34,527 nt of DNA from an uncultured delta proteobacterium (GTDB lineage: Bacteria; Desulfobacterota; Binatia; UBA9968), in the NCBI GenBank assembly GCA_963847445.1, contig CAWJZV010000032.1, positions 1-34,527 of the forward strand, written 5' to 3'. The notes beneath the pieces are model-generated. The model was not told the DNA's origin, did not search any database, and saw only the letters and a list, made by a program, of their open reading frames with translations. This document shows, one piece after another, positions 18,201-30,548 of the stretch (the first letter of the stretch is position 1; each line of letters starts with the position of its first letter). The position numbers and the translations under genes were made by a program.

Positions 18201-18704
18201 TTCCGCGCCGTCGTCTTCGCGAAATTGCGGGTCGACGCCGGCTTCGATGGGATAGAGGCGCAGCAAATTGGCGGCGAAGCTATGGATCGTGCCGATGTCG
18301 CTACGTTCCAAATTGCGCAGCGCGTCGTGGATGCGCGCAGTCCATTTCATCTTTGGAGAGTTGGTAGAGCGCGATCAGATTCTTCGACTGCGTGAAAGGT
18401 TTTCTTGTCTGTCTCGTTGACGGGTTGGCGGTCGAGTTCGACGGCCAGATACGCCTGCAAGCGTTCGCGCAGCCGCAACTTCATTTCATCGGCGGCTTTG
18501 TTGGTGAAGGTCAGGGCGACGATCTCGGTGATCTTGAGCGGTTCGGGATTGCGCAAGATCAAGTGCGCCAGCCGGTCCACCAGCAAGAGTTGTCTTGCCG
18601 GTGCCGGCGCCGGCGGTGACCACCAGATTGCGGTCGAAGGTGGCCACCGCGACTTGGCGGTCGCGGGCGTCGGGCAGTGCGATGTTTTCCGTCGCTGGGC
18701 TCAT
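15280..18704 (-). CDS. addA: AddA/RecB-like UvrD helicase-nuclease, split by multiple frameshifts
   Basis: VTAGAGTGKTT, LTFTNKAADEM, TIHSFA, LIDEFQDTD, VGDPKQSIYAFRRAD, LTTNFRS, MSIHKAKGLEFP, RLLYVAMTRA and GVIDL..ADYKT appear in order across six ORF pieces. Confidence 0.88.
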
Positions 18705-21700
18705 AGTTTCTTCGGGATCTTTGACGCGCAAAGCGTAATGCGCTTCGGTCAGCGGATCGTTCTCGGCGCGCCACAAGCTCGGCGGATGATTCTTGCGGCA
18801 GATGGTGGCGACATCGCAGTGGCCGCAGTACTCGCCGCGGTGGATGAAGTACCGACCCTGGCGCACGCCATTCGCTAGATACTCGATGGTCTCTTTGGTG
18901 GCGGCGCCGAGTTTGCCGCTCAAGCCTTCGCGATCGTAGGGCGCTCGAAACAGCGGGCCGTCGGGCCAGCGCTGGGCGATGTAATAAAAATCCGCTTCGA
19001 TGGCCGGGGCGGATTTGCCGCCTTGGCGTTCGGCCCAAGCCTGCGCCAGCAGATAATAGAAGGGCGGCTGTAATCTCTCGCCGCGCAGGGCGGCGCGCAC
19101 AAGGTTTTTGTCTTGAGTCGCCGGTGCGGCGCCGAACTTGAATTTGTAATCGATGACCCGCAGGCGCGTCGCGCTCGTTGCGCAAGTTACGATCGATGCG
19201 GTCCATGCGGCCGCGAATGGTCAGGCCCTTCAAACTATCGGGCCAGTCATCTGGCAATCTTCGCGTCATGTCGGTTTCCAGACTCACCGGGGCGAAACCC
19301 GAGCTCGAAAGTTCTTTGAGATCGTCGTCGGTCACCTGGCGCAGCAGTTGAATTAAATCTTCTTTCAACGTTCTCCCAGGCCAGCGGATAGCCCACCGGA
19401 TTGTTCGCTTCGTAGTCGGCGAAAGCCTGGTTCGCGACGGCCGAGAGCGTGTTTTCGATATCCATCGCTGGCGTCTTGCCGGTGAAATAGCCGCCCTCCA
19501 TCAACGCGGCATAGAAGCCGTTGAGAATCTCATGGCCCAACTCACCGAACTCGGCGGCATTGGGACCGAGGACTTCTTCGGGACGTTCGAGCGGCTGTAA
19601 GCCAAGCACATGGCGGGCAAAAAATTGAAACGGGCAACGCGCGTAGGTTTCCAACGCCGTGGGCGACAAGCCGCGCTCGGCGAAATGTTTCCAGTGAGCC
19701 GGCGAGTTCGCCGACCAAACCGTCGTAGGCCAACAAGCGATCGCCGGAGCGATCGAGCTCGCTGACGATCTTGCGTCCCTGTTGATAGAGCGCCGGCAGA
19801 TTGCCGGTGGCTTCGATCAACGAGGTCGGATCTTGGTTTTCCAAGGTCAGGCGAATGGCGAGTTCATTGGGTAAAAGCATCTCTTGGCGGTCGAAGGGTG
19901 AAACAGCCGCTTTTTCGCTTATGCTGCGCGGGATGGTGACGATTTCACACTCAACGCCTTGGCTGACGAGGGCTTGCTTCAGTTCTTCGACATACCACGA
20001 CGGCGCCAGCCCGCGGCCGTTGTCGTCGGCGCGTTGGTACGAGCAGTAGAGCCGTTCGCGGCCGGCGCCGACGAGCAGCGTGAAAAGCAGTTTCTCTTCG
20101 TCGTAGCCGGTGAGTTTCTGGTTGACCTTGTAGCCCAGGTCGGTTTCCAGGATTTCACGGTCGCGATCGCGCAGAAAGGCGTCCTCGCGGATGGTGCGCG
20201 GAAACACGCCTTCGTTCATGCCGAGCACGAACAAAGCGCGGAACGAGAGGCCGCGGGCGGCGGTGGCGCCGAGCACCATGACGCCGTCGCGGTTGCGCCG
20301 GTCTTCGGTCACAGTGGTGCGTTCGAGCCAGTGTTCAAAGGTATGGCTAAAATCGCCGAGGCTGACGTTGTCATGGATCTTATCGAGACCGGCGAGCTGG
20401 CCCAGGACTTCCAGAATTGCATTATTCGCCGACGCTTCCGCTGTTCCGATCTCGTCTAAAGACGAAATGCCAAGATATTTTTCCAGCAAGGATTTCCATC
20501 TGCTGCTGTAGTCGTGCCAAGTCGCTGTGCTGGGCAGCCCGGCGAGATCGGCGACCAGCGCATCGACGACATCGGCAAGAGAGAGCAGCTGCGCCGCGGC
20601 GATGCGGATCACCCGCGCTTCGTCGTCGTCGGAAATCTGCCGTAGCAATAAATCGCGCTGGGTGAAGCGGCGCAGCCGGCGCCATTCGTCAACGCCGTTG
20701 CAGATCGCCAGCTCGCGGGTCGCCAAGTCCCAGAGATCCGGGCGCGCGTGAGCGGGGTCAGCGGCGAGTTTGGGCAATTGGAAATAGGGCGACGACAGCA
20801 AGTCGATAACTTGGCTGCGCAGAAAATCTTTGGCCGGCAGATTGAGCAGCAGGATCACCGCCTTGGTCAGGGGAAACAGCACCAGCGGTTCTTCAAGGCG
20901 GCCGGCGAGCGGGATGCGATGTTGGGCAAAGCAGTCGCGGATGACCGTGCCGTAGGATTCCAAACCGCGCGCAACCACGCCGATCTCGTGAAATGCCAAC
21001 TTGCCGTCGTCGACCAGCCGCAGGATTTCTTTGGCCGCCGTCGCGACTTCGTCCTGGATGCCGAAGGTGTTGACGATCTGGCAGTGCCATTTTTTGCTGG
21101 CTTTCGCATAGCTTCTGCTCTTGTCGCCGTCAAACAGGCGGGCGCTGGTGGGCAGGCGGCTCGTTCGATTGCGCATCACCCACTGACTCACTTGTGTGTC
21201 CTTGGACATAGCGCTCGTAAAAGCGTGCGGCGAAGCGTCCAAGCGTCATGGCCGGGCTTGACCGGGAGCAGCGGAAAGAACAACTTGGTCGGATAGTGGC
21301 GCGCCACCGCCAGGAAAAAATCCAGTTGAATCTGCGTCAAATCGTAAAAGCCGTAGTATAAAATCTCGCTGAACTGCTGGAGAAACGGCGACGCCGGCGC
21401 CTGTTCGGTGGCACGCCGATCGAGATCGGAAAGATCTCGAATCCCCTGGTCGTCACAGAAATGCTGCAAGGTTTGCAGCAGCGCCAGCAGCTGCGCCGTG
21501 CGCTCGCTGGCGGGCTGGCTGAAATGTCCCTCGCTGAGCGCCACCAGCGCCAGCGCCGGATCGACCAGGCCGTCGCGCAGATCGCGCAGCGTCTGCCAAA
21601 GCGCGGCGCAGCCGCCGGCGCGATCTTCGATGCCGGCAAAGGGCTCGGCGCCGGGTTGGCCGGTGCGGATGATCTGGCGCAACGCTTCTTCGAGAAAGAG

Positions 21701-21958
21701 ATCGCTATGCAGCTCCGTCGGCGTGTCGCCGCATTCGGCATTCAGCCTCAACGACAACTGGTGAAACGTCAGCAACTGCACGTTGAGCAGCGCCAAGCCG
21801 CGCTCGCGGCTCAAGAGTATTTTCAAGCGCCGGCGGAGCAGATCGGACGGCACCAGGATCAACAGCGGGCTGAGCAGGTCGGTTGCTTTATGCTTGGCAA
21901 TGGCGTCGACGAGAGCGTTTTCAAGATCGGGATGAAATGGACCGAGGACGGTTTGCAT
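18701..21958 (-). CDS. addB: AddB-like protein with PD-(D/E)xK nuclease and Fe-S cysteines, split by multiple frameshifts
   Basis: MQTVLGPFHP start; ARGLSFRALFVLGMNEGVFP, SPTALETYARCPFQFF, RGRMDRID and CGHCDVATIC; coupled to addA. Confidence 0.82.
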
Positions 21959-22066
21959 GGATTTGTTTCGACTGTCGAAACGCACACGGGTCAAAATCAA
22001 TATGAAATAGCCGTTGGCGATTGGCAAGGGAGGGATTGTTGTTCACCACTCGGAATCGGAGATTGG

Positions 22067-22241
22067 CCGCAAAGATACGCAAAGAACACATAGGTTCGTA
22101 GGGTGCGCTTCTTCGCACCGGTTAGTTTCGGATTGTCTCCCGCAAAGGCGCTAAGGCGCGAGAAGGTTCGAGAATCTGCACAGGTGCGCAGCACGCTGCG
22201 CCCTTATCCGAAACCTTCGTGTCCTTCGTGCCTTCGTGGTG
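22067..22241. repeat. Intergenic mosaic of 9-mer-period repeats and a GTAG REP-like hairpin
   Basis: CGCAAAGATACGCAAAG, GTAGGGTGCGCTTCTTCGCACC (22098-22119), CGCAAAGGCGCTAAGGCGCG and CTTCGTGTCCTTCGTGCCTTCGTGGTG. Confidence 0.65.
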
Positions 22242-22309
22242 AGATAGAATTTCTCATTCAGCCGGCCACTGATTGCAAACGCCCAGGCAAAGCATTAAAC
22301 CCGATTGAT

Positions 22310-23997
22310 ATGCGCTTCTTACTCCGGTCGAGGATTTTTTTCTGTTTCCTTTCTATCTTTTGCATCGTTGCCGCGGAGGTCTCGGCGCGGACGCAGCAAG
22401 TCCAGCTCTGGACTTGTGGTGGCCGACAGCGAGCTGGCGAGCCAGGCCGGCATGGAGATGCTCAAGCGCGGCGGCAATGCGATAGACGCGGCGATCGCCA
22501 CGGCGCTGGCATTATCGGTTGTCGATCAGGCGTCGTCGGGATTGGGCGGCGGCGGCTTCATGGTGATCTACCGCGCCAAAGATAAAAAATCCTTCGCGCT
22601 CGATTTTCGCGAGACCGCGCCGGCGGCGTCGCGCCGCGAGTTGTATATGAAAGACGGCAAGCCGGTGGCGGCGGCGAGTCTCACCGGACCTCTGGCGGTG
22701 GGCGTACCCGGCGAAGCGGCGGGATTGATCGAGGCGCACAAGAAGTTCGGCACGCTGCCGCTGGCGGTATTGGCGGCGCCGGCGATCAAGTTAGCCAGCG
22801 ACGGATTTCCCCTCGATGCGACGTTGCGGGTCGCCATCGAGCGCGGCGTAAACAACATGAAGCGCTTCGCCGATCTCGGCGCGCATTTACATGCCCAACG
22901 GCGAGGTGCCCAAGGAAGGCGAGCCGATCCGCCAACCGCAACTGGCGGCGACGATCAAAGCGATCGCCCAGCAGGGCGGCGAGGTGTTTTACCGCGGCTG
23001 GATCGCCGAGGCGATCGTCGACATGGTCCAGAAAGAGGGCGGCGTCATGACCCTCGACGATCTGAAAAACTACAAAGCGGTGTGGCGCGAGCCGCTGATC
23101 GGCAGCTACCGGGGTCGCACGGTGATCACCATGCCGCCGCCGAGCTCGGGGGGCGTGGCGCTATTGCAGATGCTCAACGTCGTGGAAGGCTACAAGTTCG
23201 ACGGGTTCAAACACAACTCGGCGCCCTATCTGCACTTGCTCGCCGAATCGATGAAGCACGCGTTCGCCGACCGGGCTGAGCATTTGGGTGATCCCGGACT
23301 TCGTCCATGTGCCGGTCCGCAAACTGACGGACAAGAGCTATGCGACCTGGGTGCGCGGCCGCATTGCACCGGATAAGACCCAGGCGCCGACCTACTACGG
23401 CTACTTCAACTACAACGGCGAGAAAGGCAGCACGACCCATTTCAGCGTCATCGACCGGGACGGCAACGCGGTGGCGTGCACGCAGACTGTCAACACACGC
23501 TTCGGTTCGAAACTGCTCGTGCCCAAGGCGGGTATCGTGCTCAATAACGAGATCGACGATTTCGCCATTCATGGCGAGACCGGCAATGTCTACGGCTTGA
23601 TCGGCAATCAGGCCAACTCGCTCCAGCCCAACAAGCGGCCGCTTAGCAGCATGTCGCCGACGATTGTCCTCAACAATGGCCGGCCCGAGATCGTCGTCGG
23701 CGCTTCCGGCGGGCCGCGCATCATCAATGCGACCTTTCAGACCATCCTCAATATTCTCGAATTCAAGATGCCGGTGGCCGCCGCTGTCGAGTCGGCGCGC
23801 ATCCACCACCAATGGATGCCGGATCGGATGGGAGTCGAAGCCGGCGTCGCGGCGGAGCCGAAAAAGGAATTAGAAAAACGCGGCCACGCGCTGCGCACTC
23901 AAAGCGCTCTCGGCGTCGTCCAGGCGATCACCTGGGATGGGTGACGATGAACGGGGCGGCGGATTCGCGAAAAGTCGAGCGGGCGAGGACGGAATAG
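22310..23997 (+). CDS. ggt: Gamma-glutamyltransferase, frameshifted in this sequence
   Basis: Signal peptide; GGNAIDAAIA, SGLGGGGF, DFRETAP, PPPSSGG, catalytic TTHFSVID, LNNEIDDF, KRPLSSMSPT and GASGG. Confidence 0.92.
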
Positions 23998-24016
23998 CGC
24001 GGCTCGCGCCGCGCTG

Positions 24017-24055
24017 GTTCCAATCGTTCCAGCCGTTCAAAACGTTCCAATCGTT
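24017..24055. repeat. 9-mer tandem repeat
   Basis: GTTCCAATC GTTCCAGCC GTTCAAAAC GTTCCAATC GTT; related units at 4311-4341 and 32705-32732. Confidence 0.75.
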
Positions 24056-24104
24056 AATTCGGAATTGCAAGACGAGAAAGGACCGCTATGATTACCCCGC
24101 CGGG

Positions 24105-24405
24105 TTATTTATTGCGGCGTTTGCGCCACCAGCTCCAGATCGGCTGGGTGAGCTTCCAGAGTTGCAGCAGTTCGGCTAGCGGATCGGAGCACTTTGCCGG
24201 CGTAGCCGCTGACGAGAAAACTGGACAGGCCGGCGGCGACGATGGGGTGGGTTTTGAGCGCGCGGCCGAGTCCCAAAACCGTCGAACTCATATCGAAGGG
24301 CGATTTCAGATTGGCGTAATTGCGGGCTATCTCGGCGCGCTCGTGAGCGGCTTTGTCGATCAAGGCGTGCTTGCGCCGGGCGATGTCTTCGAGGCGGTTG
24401 GCCAT
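24105..24405 (-). CDS. YqjK-like protein (one apparent frameshift)
   Basis: RK.ALI..AA.ER..IA N-terminus; third gene of the DUF883-yqjE cluster; alternative frame ends IWSWWRKRRNK*. Confidence 0.6.
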
Positions 24406-24409
24406 GGTC

Positions 24410-24808
24410 TTAAACTTTGAGGCGGTCGCGATCTTTGCCGAGCTCCGCCACCGTCGCGGCGAACAGTCCGGAACGATTGAGAAATATGTCGCGCAATTTG
24501 ACCGCGGCGAATGCCGCGACGCCCAAGTAGAGAAAAGCCAGAACGCCGATGGCGCCGATCCAGCCGTTCTGCCAAAACAGCGCGACCAGAAAGATCGTCA
24601 GGAGAATGAAGCCCATGCTGAGGCCGAACACCAGCAGCAGTGTGAAGATCAGGGTCTGCTTGAGCCGCTCGCGTTCTTCCTCGAGCTCGGTGACAAACAG
24701 TTCGACGCGGGTGTGAAACGCCGACGCCAACGTCGCGCCGAGCGCTTTCAGCGAGTAAATAATGCCGGGCGAGTTACCCTCGCCCGGACGGCTGCCACTG
24801 TCGAGCAT
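24410..24808 (-). CDS. yqjE: YqjE / phage-holin-family membrane protein
   Basis: TRVELFVTELEEERERL, two TM helices, F.AT.AEL.KDR. Confidence 0.85.
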   Translation of the reverse strand: MLDSGSRPGEGNSPGIIYSLKALGATLASAFHTRVELFVTELEEERERLKQTLIFTLLLVFGLSMGFILLTIFLVALFWQNGWIGAIGVLAFLYLGVAAFAAVKLRDIFLNRSGLFAATVAELGKDRDRLKV

Positions 24809-24817
24809 GGGCAGGAG

Positions 24818-25138
24818 TTATTTGCCGCGAATCAAGAGCCCGAGGACGAGGCCAACTCCGGCGGCGATGCCGATGGCGCTCCAGGGATTCTCGCGGACAT
24901 AGTCGTCGGCGATTTCGGCGGCTTCTTTGGATTTTTCAACGATGGTTTTTTCGGCGTCGGCTAAAGCCTTCTTGCCCTCGATCAAGCTCTGCTCGATTTT
25001 CTGGCGCGCCACGCCGATCTTGTCGCCGGCCTGGCTGGCCGTGGCTTTTAACAGTTCCTCGGCGTCGGCGACCAGATTCTTCAAATCGTTGGCCAATCTT
25101 TCTGTGCTGCTGGCTTCACCGTCCATAGCGTCCTCCAT
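24818..25138 (-). CDS. elaB: ElaB/YqjD (DUF883) membrane-anchored ribosome-binding protein
   Basis: DLK.LVADAEELLKATA...DDYVRENPWSAIGIAAGVGLVLGLL. Confidence 0.9.
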   Translation of the reverse strand: MEDAMDGEASSTERLANDLKNLVADAEELLKATASQAGDKIGVARQKIEQSLIEGKKALADAEKTIVEKSKEAAEIADDYVRENPWSAIGIAAGVGLVLGLLIRGK

Positions 25139-25267
25139 GTGAATGTCTAATGGGTGACATAATAAGCACCGGGATGGGGCTATTCAAGGTCAATCTTGGC
25201 AGTCCAGAGAATTATTTCTGCTGCGGTGAAACGAGTGGACACGGCGTGGGCAGGGCCCGCCTTGTCT

Positions 25268-26646
<1,379 letters not shown>

Positions 26647-26651
26647 GGTTT

Positions 26652-28235
26652 TCACAGTTTCACCAGCTCCGCCGAGACGATCTGCGGCAAGGCCAATAGC
26701 TCGTCTATGGCCTTTTTCGAGACCATTTCGTCGACATGGGTGAACGATATGGCGTTGCCGCCCTGTTCGCTGCGGCCCAACTCCATGCCGGCGATGTTGA
26801 TGCCGTTGTTGCCGAGGATGGTGCCCACCGCGCCGACGACGCCGGGCACGTCTTTGTTTTGCAGGATGAGAATATAGCCCGACGGCACCGCTTCCAAATA
26901 GAAATCGTTGACGCGCACGATGCGCGGATGTTTGGCGCCGAAGATCGCCCCTTCGACTTCCAGGTTTGCCGTGCCGTTCTTGGCTTTGACGACGATGGAG
27001 CTGGTGAAATCGCCGACTCCTTCGCCTTTGGACTCGACGATCTTGATGCCGCGCTCCTTGGCAACCACCGGGGCGTTGACGTAGTTCACCGCCGACTCCA
27101 TCACCGGTGACAAAAGCCCCTTCAACAAGGCCACGGTCAACGGCGCGACATTGTACTGGGTGACGTCGCCGCGATATTCGACCTGGACTTCCTTGGGCAG
27201 GGCGCCGGCCATCTGCGTGTGCAGGCTGCCGAGCTTTTCCGCCAGCGTGAGATAGGGGCGCAGGACTTCGAGCAGTTCCGGGCTCACCGACGGCACGTTG
27301 ACGGCGTAGCGGACCACGCCTCTGGCGAGAAAGTCGACCATCTGCTCGGCGACGGCGATGGCGACGTTCAACTGGGCCTCGTCGGTGGAGGCGCCCAGAT
27401 GCGGCGTGGTGATGACTTGATCGAGCTTAACCAACGGATGATCCGCGGCGGGCGGTTCGTCGACGTAGACATCGAGCGCCGCGCCGGCGACCTTGCCGGT
27501 TTTGATGGCGTCGGCGAGATCCTGCTCGTCGACGATGCCGCCGCGGGCGCAATTGATGATCCGCACGCCGGTCTTCATCTTGGCGAAGGCGGCTTTGTTG
27601 ATTAACCCTTGGGTATCGGGCGTCAGCGGCACATGCACGGTGATGAAATCGGCCTTGGCGAAGATCTCTTCCAATGTGCCGGGCTCGACGCCCATGCGGG
27701 CGACGTTTTCCGGCGCGATGAAGGGATCGAAGCCGATCACTCTCATGCTCAATCCGGCGGCGCGTTCGGCGACGATGCGGCCGACGTTGCCGAGGCCGAT
27801 GACGCCGATGGTCTTGTTGCACAGCTCGACGCCGACGAATTTATTGCGCTCCCACTTGCCGCTCTTGAGCGAGGCGGTGGCCTGGGGAATATGGCGCGCC
27901 ATGGACATCATCAGCGCAATGGTGTGCTCGCCGGTGGTGACGTTGTTGCCGCCGGGGGTGTTCATGACGACGATGCCGCGCTGGGTGGCGGCGTCGGCGT
28001 CGATGTTTTCATAGCCCACGCCGGCGCGGCCGATGACCTTCAGATTGGTTGCCGCTTCGATCAGCTCGGCGGTGATCTTGGTGCCGCTGCGGATCACCCA
28101 GCCGTCGTAGGTTGCGCAGATTTTTTTCAGTTCGTCAGGCTTGAGGCCGATTTTTACATCGACTTCAAAGCCTTCGGCGTTGTGAAAAACCGCCAAGCCT
28201 TCGGGTGCCAGGGAGTCGGTGACTAGGATTTTCAT
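26652..28235 (-). CDS. serA: D-3-phosphoglycerate dehydrogenase (long form with C-terminal ACT domain)
   Basis: IGRAGVG, GLGNVG, INCARGG, TPHLGAST.EAQ and ACT motif NKDVPGVVG.VG.ILG..GINIA. Confidence 0.97.
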   Translation of the reverse strand: MKILVTDSLAPEGLAVFHNAEGFEVDVKIGLKPDELKKICATYDGWVIRSGTKITAELIEAATNLKVIGRAGVGYENIDADAATQRGIVVMNTPGGNNVTTGEHTIALMMSMARHIPQATASLKSGKWERNKFVGVELCNKTIGVIGLGNVGRIVAERAAGLSMRVIGFDPFIAPENVARMGVEPGTLEEIFAKADFITVHVPLTPDTQGLINKAAFAKMKTGVRIINCARGGIVDEQDLADAIKTGKVAGAALDVYVDEPPAADHPLVKLDQVITTPHLGASTDEAQLNVAIAVAEQMVDFLARGVVRYAVNVPSVSPELLEVLRPYLTLAEKLGSLHTQMAGALPKEVQVEYRGDVTQYNVAPLTVALLKGLLSPVMESAVNYVNAPVVAKERGIKIVESKGEGVGDFTSSIVVKAKNGTANLEVEGAIFGAKHPRIVRVNDFYLEAVPSGYILILQNKDVPGVVGAVGTILGNNGINIAGMELGRSEQGGNAISFTHVDEMVSKKAIDELLALPQIVSAELVKL

Positions 28236-28258
28236 TTTCGTTCCATGTGTAGTTTTTG

Positions 28259-28323
28259 GGTCGAGGATCGATGATTGAGGATGGCGTCAATTCGCTATCC
28301 TCTATCTTCGATCTTCGATCCTC
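28259..28323. repeat. Heptamer inverted tandem repeat
   Basis: TCGAGGA TCGATGA TTGAGGA ... CTATCCT CTATCTT CGATCTT CGATCCT. Confidence 0.75.
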
Positions 28324-28326
28324 TCG

Positions 28327-29471
28327 CTAGGGCAGCGCCTCCAGCAGCACTTCTTGCGCCGCTGCGACGCCCCGGCCCAACGGGATTTCGGCGCCGAATT
28401 TTCTCAGCGCCATCTCCAACGCGGCGATGGCGGTGATCACGTCGAAGCCGCCCATGTAGCCGATATGGGCGATGCGGATCGCTTTGCCTTTGAGCTGATC
28501 TTGGCCCTCGGCGAGGATGACGTTCATCTTGTCGCGCAGGTATTCGAGCACGGCGTCGGCGTCGATGCCGCTCTGGCAAATAAATTCCCGTGGCCGCCGG
28601 ACTGGGGCTGTCGGGGGCGAGCAGTTTTAGTCCCAATGCCTTGGCGGCGGCGCGGGTGGCGCGGCACAAGTCGGTCGTGACGCGCATAGACATTAACCAG
28701 CCCTTCGCGCTGGATCATTTCCAGCGAAGCGCGCACGCCAAAGATTAACGACACCGCCGGGGTGAAGGCGCCGGAGCCTTTTTGCTGGTTCTTGCGTTCG
28801 AGATTCAAGTCGAAATAAAAGCGCGGCAGCTTGGCCGTTTTCGTTTTCTCCCAGGCGCGGTCGCTGAGCGCGATGAACCCCAAGCCCGGCGGCAGCATGA
28901 GCGCCTTTTGCGAGCCGGTGACGAGCACGTCGATGCCCCATTCGTCGAGCGGCAGCGGCACGACGCCGACGGCGGTGACGCCGTCGACTAAAAAGAGCGG
29001 GCCGTTTTGGGTCAGCTTGGCGATTTCTTTGACCGGATGGAGCACGGTGGTCGAAGTTTCGCTGGCTTGGATCATCACGCCCTGAATGTCGGGATGGGCT
29101 TTGAGCTGCTTTTCGACATCGGCGACTTTGACCGCCTGGCCCCACTCGACTTTCATCTCGATGGGATTCAAGCCGAAGGCGTTGGCAATATTAAACCAGC
29201 GCTCGCCGAATTTGCCGCCGTTGATGACCAGAACCTTATCGCCTGGGGAAAACAGATTGGCCACCGACGCTTCCATGGCCCCGGTGCCGGAAGCGGCCAG
29301 CATCAGGACATCGTTCTTGGTGCCGAAAAGTTTTTTCAGCCCCTCGCGGGCTTCGTCGAAGACTTTGTTAAACTGCGGCGTGCGATGATGAATCATCGTC
29401 TCGGCCATCGCTAGGGCCACTTCGTTCGGGATCGGCGTCGGGCCGGGGGACAGGAGATATTGCTTAATCAT
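28327..29471 (-). CDS. Class V PLP aminotransferase (serine-pyruvate/alanine-glyoxylate type; likely supplies SerC function), frameshifted
   Basis: LLSPGPTP, HHRT, SGTGAMEA, ETST, VDGVT, GSQKALMLPPGL and RIAHIG; directly upstream of serA. Confidence 0.9.
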
Positions 29472-29564
29472 GCCTCAACTCCATCTCGAAGGACTATCAT
29501 GCTATGGCAGGATTTGACGTGGAAATTATCGCGTCGGCGGTAAACTTACGGCGCATTGATCCAC

Positions 29565-29600
29565 AAAAAAACCTGGACCTCTATCGTTAAGAGACCCAGG
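29565..29600 (-). terminator. Intrinsic terminator overlapping the riboswitch 3' end
   Basis: CCUGGGUCUCU-UAACGAU-AGAGGUCCAGG followed by U7. Confidence 0.85.
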
Positions 29601-29667
29601 CGTTCGGCCGTCTTAATGCTTTGCGCTCCCTCGTGGTCGATTCCACGTTGACGCCAGTCGCGCAAAA
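29594..29667 (-). ncRNA. ZMP/ZTP (pfl) riboswitch
   Basis: UUUGCGCGACUGGCG...GUGG..CCACGAGGGAGCGCAAA-linker-GCCGAACGCCUGGG matches the ZTP aptamer consensus, including the UGGCG/CGCCU pseudoknot. Confidence 0.88.
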
Positions 29668-29678
29668 CTTACGAAAAA

Positions 29679-29707
29679 CTTTTATCTCGTAGCGCCGGCA
29701 ATGTCAA
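29679..29707 (-). promoter_or_regulatory. Putative sigma70 promoter for the riboswitch leader
   Basis: TTGACA-17 nt-TAAAAG, about 12 nt upstream of the aptamer. Confidence 0.5.
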
Positions 29708-29718
29708 TGTCGCGCTGG

Positions 29719-29790
29719 GACAGAGACGTGAGACAGAGACAGCAAGGCAAGACAGAGACGGAGAATTGAGATAGAGATTTCAGATAGAAG
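29719..29790 (+). repeat. Purine-rich 8-mer-like repeat (GACAGAGA)
   Basis: GACAGAGA occurs three times, plus GATAGAGA; partial complement CTGTCTC..TCTCTGTC at about 29808-29826. Confidence 0.55.
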
Positions 29791-29834
29791 GAGGGGTGGG
29801 GCGGTCGCTGTCTCAAATCTCTGTCTTCTTCACC

Positions 29835-30529
29835 ATGGAACGACTGATTCTTTTCGACATCGACGGCACGCTGACGCGGACGCAGAATGGTTATCTGCCG
29901 TTCAACGACGCGATTCTAAAAACATTTGATTTCGCCGGCGATATCCGCACTGTGGTGCCGGATGGCAATACCGATCCGCTGATCGTGCAGGAGATTTTTA
30001 CCAAAGCCGGCGTGGAGGTTGCCGTTGGAACGGAGCAGTGGCGGCAATTCACAGCGCAACTTGCAAGCAGCTACCGCGACCACGTGGCGCGCGGTGCGAC
30101 AACCGTTCGGCCACTACCAGGGGCGGCTGCTCTGTTGCAACAATTGGACGGCGTAGGGGATGTTCACTCCAGCGTGGTCACTGGAAATTTCGAAGCGACG
30201 GCGCAAGTGAAACTGGAAGCGGCCGGGCTGAGCGCATTATCTGGCTCGCGGCGCGTACGCCAGCGATTCGGACCACCGGCCGGATTTGCCGGCGATCGCC
30301 AGGGAGCGATGGGAGTTGGCCACCGCGCGGAGCAATCGCGGCGGCGCAATGCGTCATTGTCGGCGATACGCCCAAAGATTTGCAGTGCGCCCGCGCCAAT
30401 GGCATGAAATGCGTGCTTGTCGGCACCGGCCGTTATCGGGTAGAAGAGCTGGAGTATTGGCGGCCCGATGCTTGTCTGGCGGACCTGAGCGACACACAGC
30501 AAGTTGTTGGGCTGCTTGCCAACTTGTGA
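29835..30529 (+). CDS. HAD-family hydrolase (phosphoglycolate phosphatase-like), frameshifted
   Basis: LFDIDGTL, VVTGN and VIVGDTPKDLQCA motifs in two frames. Confidence 0.88.
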
Positions 30530-30548
30530 AAATTGATTGGAGGTAATC

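Noticed and set aside
18486-19100. AddB-AddA translational fusion (nuclease C-terminus in frame with the Walker A start)
   Set aside because: One indel near 18715 restores a typical ATGA stop/start overlap at 18701-18704.
15280-23997. Programmed frameshifting or recoding in addAB and ggt
   Set aside because: Too many shifts, no consistent slippery motif, and the same pattern in unrelated genes; sequencing indels explain it better.
24410-24808. Holin as evidence of a prophage
   Set aside because: It is the housekeeping yqjD-yqjE-yqjK arrangement; no phage genes are nearby.
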